DNA of 64,000 bases from an uncultured Candidatus Saccharibacteria bacterium. Its GTDB lineage: Bacteria; Patescibacteriota; Minisyncoccia; Phycocordibacterales; UBA9973. A program made the translations under genes and the position numbers. The stretch covers positions 2,450 to 66,449 of the forward strand of contig CAZBZO010000002.1 of the NCBI GenBank assembly GCA_964496425.1, in the 5' to 3' direction. The notes beneath the pieces are model-generated. The model ran no database searches. It was not told the origin of the DNA and was given only the letters and a program-made list of their open reading frames with translations. Shown piece after piece: positions 59,201-64,000 of this stretch (position 1 is its first letter; the number at the start of each line of letters is the position of its first letter).

Positions 59201-60956
59201 TACCGCAGGTACGTTTAATCCAAACGGAGTAACTATGACAGGTTCAGGAATCAGTAACGTACTAACGGCGACTAATAGTACTTTATTGGTGGATAAAAAT
59301 ACCACTACAGCATTTTCGGATAATTATTCAAGTATGGAAACAGTAACACTTGGTACCGGTTCGACGGTTGACTACATGGGAAGTGGTTCGCAGACAATTA
59401 GTAGTTCGTTCGGTTATGAAAATATAAAAACCTCAACAGGAGGTACCAAGACTTTAAATGGTACTACTGTTGCAAATGGATCAATTACTATTACTACATC
59501 AACACTCACCACTGCAGGTAATACACTGACTGCTCTGAGCATTTCAGTTGATGGAACAAGTACATTTACTGCTAGTTCGACATCTACGGTCACCATTACT
59601 GGCACGACAGGACCAGTTTTTACGCTTACCTCAGGAGGCGCATTTAATGCAAATTCTTCATCTTTTGTTTTTAACGGCAATGCGACCATGACGCTTCTTT
59701 CTGGTACATTCACCGGCGGTAATGCGTTTAACGACGTCACATTCTCTCCAACGGTTTCGGTAGGTGGTAATAAAACCTACACTCCAAGTTCTACGGCAGT
59801 AGCGATAAATGGCAATTTTACTATTAATCCTTCCGCATCGGTTATCACAACAACTTTGATAGTAAATTTAGCCGCAAATCTTACTGTTGCAACAAATAAA
59901 ACAATAACAATCCAAGGTACCGGTACAGGATTAGGTAGAATTGATTTACAGTCATTTGCCTTGAGCGCGGGTTCGATGTCAATTGCGTCAACCGGCACGG
60001 TCCTTGGTAATACCGGGAGTATTACATTAGCTGGCAGTTGGACGAATGGTGGTACTTTTACTGAAGGAACATCGACAGTGACTTTAAATAGTGGCACAAC
60101 AGCAGTCGTGACAGGTACGACAACATTTTACAATCTTACTATTACTCATACTGCAGCCAAAGAAGTTGATTTCGCAACTTCGGGTACTCCGATTTTTCAC
60201 GTGACGAATGCTTTTGTTGTAACGGGAAGTTCGGGCAATCTTATTAAATTATATTCAGATTCCGCCGGTACTCAGTGGGAATTTCATCCGACAGGCACGG
60301 CCTCGGTTGATTACGCTGATGTGAAAGATGGTGGTTGTCAGTCGGGCGCTATTACTATTACGCCCACAAACTCGATCAACAGCGGCAACAATGATTCGTG
60401 TTGGTTTTTTGCAAGTGCATTATCGTTTGATATTGATACAGCATTAACTGATGCCGAGTCTGCTTCGCCGTACTCAGTAGCGTTGGGTACACTTACCACT
60501 TCGGATACCAGGGTCTCAGGCAGTACTGATAGCATCAATTATATTTGGCTTGATATTAGCAGCAGTGCGCCTGGTGGGGCGGTTATAACGGTCCTCAATG
60601 CCAATGGATCAAACGGCCTCGTTTCTACCTCAAAACCAACAAGTACCATAAATAGCACGGATGGTTCAGTAGCGGACGGAACGGAAAATTATGGGTTGTG
60701 CGTTGTCTCAGTATCTACAAGTTCTGGTACCTTAGATGATGAAGGGGGATATGATGGAGACACGTGCGCGGGTAACAGCGAAACTAATAATGTTCAGGAG
60801 CTTAGTTCGTCCGGTGAGATACTACTTGATACCAATGGAGCCGCGATTACTGCCGGAAGGGCACAAATTGCCGTAAATGCATCCATAAGTTCCGTAACTC
60901 CTGCACATGATGATTATACCGATACGCTTATATTTTTAGTAACAGGAACGTTTTAG
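53208..60956 (+). CDS. Giant surface protein/adhesin (2582 aa)
   Basis: N-terminal TM, acidic Ser/Glu linkers, Ig-like region, Gly-rich domain, Thr/Ser/Gly beta-helix-like repeats, C-terminal domain shared with the next gene. Confidence 0.85.
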   Translation: MLFFNQKKIKDQENNQIQDVFFDSAKSIINLKKKTPFIEFHFENSIILFKKYERKLFVTLAIFFGVAIFSMFYVTTANVAVFYSSKCLGGWEHPENAEGKPSLSSGAHAEDFTKNNSAYVKEHSASMYCGEFDGVVPVDAIPKTFKLSLAWSVDNGTVRHREPKPFDLSTEFEPDTSTAVTDENKNDDILNEGGEQEEIITDESRESTDILQVEERDSSPETDPQDEEASSEDISSEQSDESSDQQTFFERLFTKKVFAQEENSEGTSSESSSNNNDSTSTENGSESSDSSSDNKNGSEPSGDAPQDSESITENEPSNVPTQGSEQNRDTSVRDQREITEKKNRIKKETGSIPETEPVVDGFMEVSYTLDGATWNSLGQVSMNNWQDVSFDIPLTAWADLSTFQIGFQTLANLDESPAIYIDSVSVEVQYETEQENFNLEVPTVKIIDSSENIIFSDMTTFSSQDEPFFDVVNPKYSESDLLLLINEGKIEIVEDTDKMIDLWEMPSMLEDPVKNSIESIKSIVNPTVSHTPSQIEEETFSSQDEEQGSAGPRRKSTLEIIEGSPPDEQAQEETTNGAIQLKENTSEESPAIESDGENIDQSEEGDNEIISMLPKQSLDRYWGNRIKSEKTNSIISNQSGGTSKAFLFGPYIAHAQEEEALHLNDIVAEVFDSQGKTDIQTSITTVIIGGVQKRRVNIERPQQFRPGTYTLRITLRGENANIISEQNFTWGVLAINIDRSIELPGEDAYIQMAVLNDLGHTLCNADLSLEIKSPSGIVTHFNTSDATIVSAQECGVDNIIPVPDYFSHYTVSNEIGVYSMTLTAETLNGTKTITDSFETKASPLFDVVRTGPTRINPTAGYPVTIEITPKADWNGVITETVPIDFTISPPMRSIAYDSIEIVNNKKNITWNISLIKGETTTIGYYFDAPDESPQFYLLGPLDFSLLSFKGLKTTSVFQEAREWQIASDVATIVLLTTGTSWSVPVDFDPANNTIEGIGGGGGGGGGTNGTGAQGRGGGGAGGGGEYRKISNFNPGGAGSISYVIGQGGTFGAANTSGSNATDTTWNSTSLVAKGGLLGTNTGAGTGGTGGAGGTGGTGAAGNNNGGKGGRGGNRSVTLGGGGGGGGGAGGTSAVGGAGTNGTAGSTGGAGGAGGNASGGTAGTSNGGAGGAGTVWTDNSGGANNGIQGGAGGGGGGGLASAGAGGASGTAGNYGAGGGGGAGGGSGSSAGSAGKAGANGIIAITYTPFTISGTANGNDTATVRVAINGTLQAQTGTISASAWSISGVTLPTSGDIITVWVDNVSDANESSAVTKWSSGSVSSMVLNTNFLTIGSNQNTSLTVTNLGQYDSDNDEDIMHTANSGAFLVQASGNTYTGETITIASSNTLTVSTGESLTTEKMIISGTVTSSGTATYTFTATSGTLLTRTGTFTQSNSTVNVTSASGTPTFLSAAVTFHILTINAAATVINAGAVITIDDTSGALLYIQSGVLNDDGLGISTSASTANTLQIDSGGTMCLGGSSSNTSATCNTGTVSTTTRSMPAFSTYTLNASSTIIYLSDADTTISSTPTYGNLKLQPKFVTTARTYTLNGAMTINGNFDINPEESGAGTPALTVNAGGTITVATTKTITLTRSNSSSSSLDLRPSSTDYNLSTGFLVVATGGTLDAASASSTITLTGTSGTLFTKAGTFTQGTSDVVVTSASGTPTLLSAGTTFHRLTINSAATVINAGAVITMSSADANNRLYIQTGVLNDGGSQIVGTANGTMLIDGGAMLCINGTVGGTNATCNSGAAVNGGSGGFPTNYTTGNITLAVTSTVAYLGNGGLSISSTPTYGNLKLIPVLASTNKSYTFSGVTTINGDFTILPSGAALELKVKLGGDLTVAATKTTTISNSGVPTSLLQLRPVSTDYNLTTGFLSVSSGSELDATLSASTITITGTSGTLYTNAGTFSNGSTEVNFSGNGSATINSGSITFNNFRSSGTGTKSLGVSGISVANNIFITAGTFNPNGVTMTGSGISNVLTATNSTLLVDKNTTTAFSDNYSSMETVTLGTGSTVDYMGSGSQTISSSFGYENIKTSTGGTKTLNGTTVANGSITITTSTLTTAGNTLTALSISVDGTSTFTASSTSTVTITGTTGPVFTLTSGGAFNANSSSFVFNGNATMTLLSGTFTGGNAFNDVTFSPTVSVGGNKTYTPSSTAVAINGNFTINPSASVITTTLIVNLAANLTVATNKTITIQGTGTGLGRIDLQSFALSAGSMSIASTGTVLGNTGSITLAGSWTNGGTFTEGTSTVTLNSGTTAVVTGTTTFYNLTITHTAAKEVDFATSGTPIFHVTNAFVVTGSSGNLIKLYSDSAGTQWEFHPTGTASVDYADVKDGGCQSGAITITPTNSINSGNNDSCWFFASALSFDIDTALTDAESASPYSVALGTLTTSDTRVSGSTDSINYIWLDISSSAPGGAVITVLNANGSNGLVSTSKPTSTINSTDGSVADGTENYGLCVVSVSTSSGTLDDEGGYDGDTCAGNSETNNVQELSSSGEILLDTNGAAITAGRAQIAVNASISSVTPAHDDYTDTLIFLVTGTF

Positions 60957-61019
60957 TTCTGAGGACTATTTAAGGTATTCTAAAAATATCAGTGACAAAC
61001 AATAAAGCGTATTACATGG

Positions 61020-61067
61020 CTGTGGATAACTTACGTTGCTGATATTTCTTTATATAAATGCTATAAT
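61020..61067 (+). promoter_or_regulatory. DnaA box followed by an extended -10 promoter
   Basis: TGTGGATAA 61021-61029; TGCTATAAT 61059-61067. Confidence 0.55.
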
Positions 61068-61120
61068 TTGTGAAGCCTACAACATTACTAATTTTTTCTT
61101 ATACTTACATTAATCAATCA

Positions 61121-62260
61121 ATGAATAAATTTTTACGTAAAAGTACAGCGATTGCTCTCACGCTCGCAATGCTTGTTTCAGTTTCTTATCTTCATTTTCA
61201 AACCCTGCAAGCGGCGACGATCACAAGCGCTAAGGCTACATTTGGAAGACTTAAAGCTAGTACTGCGAATGAATTTGGCACAATTGAATTTGCGACTCCA
61301 ACCGGTATTCAAACAGGAGGCGCGGATACTATCACGCTTACGTTCAGCGCGGATTTTACTCTTGCAGCAGAAGTTGCAAACAACTACGATATTGAACTCG
61401 GGGATAGCGCTACGTGTTCTACGGCTACATATACTGATGAAGTCGTTGCGCTTTCGCCTTCAGCAACCGATTGGGGACTCGATATTACTGGCCAAGTAAT
61501 TACGCTTTCTCCGGAAACCGACCAAGTACTTACTGCTGGGTTTTGTATGAGACTTGTCTGGGGTACCGCTGCAACCACTGGTGCAACTGGATCATCAAGT
61601 ACGATTACAAACGGTGCAGTAGATGATGATGACACAATTACTATTGCAGGTGCCTTTGGGGATACCGGGACTATTACCGTAGATATTATCGATGATGACC
61701 AAGTCACTGTGACTGCTAGCGTCAACCAGTCTATTACATTTGACCTCGATGCCACAGTGGCAGACGGAGAGACCGGTACTCCTTACAACGTTGCACTTGG
61801 TACGATCACTACGACTGATACTCGCGTCTCAGGGTCAACAGATAGCGTTAACATGATTGTTGCGGAAGCTGACACCAATGCTTCCGGCGGGGTAGTGGTA
61901 ACAGTACGTAACGCGAACGGTTCAAATGGCCTAGTGTCTACCTCTGTTCCAGCTGATAACATAAATAGCGCTGATGCGGCAATGATTGATGGTACGGAAA
62001 ATTATGGTCTCTGTGTTATCACTGCAGGACTAAGCGGATTTACAATCGCAACTCCGTATGCGTCAAATACGTGCGCGACAAACTCTGAGACAAACGACGT
62101 AGAAGCACTTACAACAACAGGAGAAAACATTTTGAGTACAACAGCACCAGTGTCTGCTGCTCATGCAGAAATTTCGGTCAATGCTGCTATATCTGGCACT
62201 ACTGTTGCTCACTCAGACTACACGGATACGCTGACATTTATTGCAACTGCAACTTTCTAA
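61121..62260 (+). CDS. Secreted two-domain beta-rich protein (pilin/WxL-like subunit candidate)
   Basis: Signal peptide; ends HSDYTDTLTFIATATF; C-terminal half is homologous to the end of the giant protein. Confidence 0.75.
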   Translation: MNKFLRKSTAIALTLAMLVSVSYLHFQTLQAATITSAKATFGRLKASTANEFGTIEFATPTGIQTGGADTITLTFSADFTLAAEVANNYDIELGDSATCSTATYTDEVVALSPSATDWGLDITGQVITLSPETDQVLTAGFCMRLVWGTAATTGATGSSSTITNGAVDDDDTITIAGAFGDTGTITVDIIDDDQVTVTASVNQSITFDLDATVADGETGTPYNVALGTITTTDTRVSGSTDSVNMIVAEADTNASGGVVVTVRNANGSNGLVSTSVPADNINSADAAMIDGTENYGLCVITAGLSGFTIATPYASNTCATNSETNDVEALTTTGENILSTTAPVSAAHAEISVNAAISGTTVAHSDYTDTLTFIATATF

Positions 62261-62271
62261 ATTTTAACTAA

Positions 62272-63306
62272 ATGAACTCTAATTCATTCTCAAGAAACGC
62301 ATTTCTTTTTCTCACTGCTGCTATCGTTCTATTGTATGGCGTAAAAGCTGAAGCTCTTACGCTTTCTCCCGTGCGTTTTGAACTTACGGCAGACCCTGGG
62401 GCAACAGTTTCGGGAGAGATGGTTCTTACCAATGAACGAGAAACCACAGAGACGTACTATTCTTCATTTTCCAATTTTGAAGCACAAGGAGAATCAGGAA
62501 GCCCGAACTTCATCACTCCAACTGAAGGCTTAGGAACATGGATGAGTACGCAAGCAAGTCTAACCCTTCAGTCCGGCGAATCACAAATTGTACCTTTCCA
62601 AATCAAGGTACCTAGCGATGCCGAACCAGGAGGGAATTTTGCTGCAATTTTTTGGTCTACAAGTCCAAGTGACATTGGTGAAGGTGGTGCTGTTGTTATT
62701 GGTGCTCGAACAGGAATACTCGTACTTCTTTCGGTTAATGGAGAGGTAGAAGTGAGTGGGGGAGTTACTGGATATACCACAAAGGATGAAAAAAGCTATT
62801 ACGAATCCCTCCCCATTGAATTTGTCTATCGGTTTAGAAACGATGGAGGCGATCGTATCAAACCTGAAGGCGACATAACTATCAAAAATCTTTTTGGTTT
62901 TACGAAAGCGGTAATACCTGCCAATACCGTAGAAGGCAATGTACTTCCGACCCAAATCCGCCGTTTTGAAACAGCATGGGTTGGTAATGGAAAAAATGCT
63001 TCCACTGAGCCCGAGCTTATCGATGGATTTTTTAATAAAGCAAAAAATGAATGGCGCAATTTTGCTCTTGGCCGCTTTACTGCAACCCTTGATCTTACCT
63101 ACGGCGAAACTGAGCAAAAAACGCAGTCAAAAATAGCATTTTGGGTATTTCCATGGCATTTTTTGATTGTCTTTCTCGTATTACTTATTCTTGCTCTCTA
63201 TACTATTTCGAAACTGATGCGCGCGTATAACAGATGGATTATCGCACGAGTCGAAGAGCGAATGATCGCTGAGGGAAAAATTTCCTCATCTCGCAAGACT
63301 AACTAA
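62272..63306 (+). CDS. DUF916/WxL-interacting or fimbrial-chaperone-like membrane-anchored protein
   Basis: Signal peptide, LTLSPVRFELTADPG, VPSDAEPGG, FRNDGG, C-terminal WVFPW plus TM. Confidence 0.7.
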   Translation: MNSNSFSRNAFLFLTAAIVLLYGVKAEALTLSPVRFELTADPGATVSGEMVLTNERETTETYYSSFSNFEAQGESGSPNFITPTEGLGTWMSTQASLTLQSGESQIVPFQIKVPSDAEPGGNFAAIFWSTSPSDIGEGGAVVIGARTGILVLLSVNGEVEVSGGVTGYTTKDEKSYYESLPIEFVYRFRNDGGDRIKPEGDITIKNLFGFTKAVIPANTVEGNVLPTQIRRFETAWVGNGKNASTEPELIDGFFNKAKNEWRNFALGRFTATLDLTYGETEQKTQSKIAFWVFPWHFLIVFLVLLILALYTISKLMRAYNRWIIARVEERMIAEGKISSSRKTN

Positions 63307-63313
63307 TACGCCT

Positions 63314-64000
63314 ATGCGGAGGAATCCCACACGATTCCATGAAACAACGTTTGAACGCTTTGTGTGTTCGATCGTATTGATTGCGTATCTTGTTTTATAT
63401 TCTCAAAGTGGCAGAGCTCAAACAGATCCCGTAGAAGTACCGCTTAGCGTGACGGCGACCGTAGTAGGGGAACCAGGCGTAGACAATGGTGGTGGCGGAG
63501 GCGGCAATTTTTCTAGTCCGACTGAAGTTATTTTTTCAGGACGTGCGTACCCGCTTTCGGTAGTCATTTTACTTAAAGATGGAGTCGAGGTTGTAAACAC
63601 CATCGCAGGCCCTGATGCAAAATTTGAAATTAAACTCTCCAATCTTTCAAGCGGTACCTATACGTTTTCACTTCTTTCAGAAGACTCTGCTGGGCGCCGT
63701 TCAATACCTTTTACGATTCCGATTATGATTACCAAAGGAGCGTCAACTACGGTATCGGGTATTTTTTTGGCTCCCACCATCGATATAGATAAAGAAGTCG
63801 TTAAGCGTGGCGATATTTTAGCTATTTTCGGACAGAGTGTCCCATCGGCAACGATCACTATTGAAGTTCACTCAGACCAGGAAATTACAGCTGTCGTACC
63901 GACTGATGCATGGGGAACATATTTATATAATCTTAATACGACACTTCTATCATACGGAGAGCATGATACGAGTACTCGCGCCGAGCTTGTAGCAACCAAT
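63314..64000 (+). CDS. Secreted Ig-like repeat protein (partial, runs off window end)
   Basis: Manual translation: MRRNPTRF...LSVTATV...GGGGGG...VIFSGRAYP...LLKDG...GTYTF...IFLAPTI...IFGQSVP, open to 64000. Confidence 0.75.
   Translation, partial: MRRNPTRFHETTFERFVCSIVLIAYLVLYSQSGRAQTDPVEVPLSVTATVVGEPGVDNGGGGGGNFSSPTEVIFSGRAYPLSVVILLKDGVEVVNTIAGPDAKFEIKLSNLSSGTYTFSLLSEDSAGRRSIPFTIPIMITKGASTTVSGIFLAPTIDIDKEVVKRGDILAIFGQSVPSATITIEVHSDQEITAVVPTDAWGTYLYNLNTTLLSYGEHDTSTRAELVATN

Noticed and set aside
1-64000. CRISPR array or cas genes
   Set aside because: No regularly spaced repeat-spacer series and no Cas motifs were seen.
1-64000. Alternative genetic code (UGA=Gly, code 25)
   Set aside because: Long conserved genes are intact in code 11, and TGA terminates genes such as murB, gajA and the PrsW-like gene.

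Overview
Bacterial chromosomal segment (genetic code 11) whose gene style points to a Patescibacteria/CPR (Parcubacteria-like) genome: compact housekeeping genes, few Shine-Dalgarno sites, many -10 boxes 6-8 nt from the ATG, and tRNAs without encoded CCA. The taxonomy is inferred, not searched. Core genes include relA/spoT (partial), topA, dprA, serS, dus, dnaX, a DEAD-box helicase, class I aldolase, PBP2, femAB, greA, lysS, mraZ-rsmH-ftsL-ftsI-murF, valS, tsaD, HTH-murA/murB and five tRNAs. Accessory content: (1) a sortase beside an LAETG-tailed repeat surface protein; (2) a ~5.4 kb island in tRNA-Val(GAC), bounded by a 19-bp att repeat, carrying a Gabija-like pair flanked by ~200-bp direct repeats plus an XRE regulator and a HEPN-motif protein; (3) a surface-fibre-like locus where a 2582-aa adhesin and the next protein share a C-terminal domain, followed by a membrane-anchored chaperone-like protein. 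Non-coding highlights: a perfect 24-bp palindrome forming a symmetric bidirectional promoter between HTH-murA and murB, a GIY-YIG gene bracketed by inverted repeats, tRNA-adjacent structured elements, heptamer repeats inserted in frame in tsaD, and a terminator-like greA leader. All calls are by eye from motifs; no database was searched.
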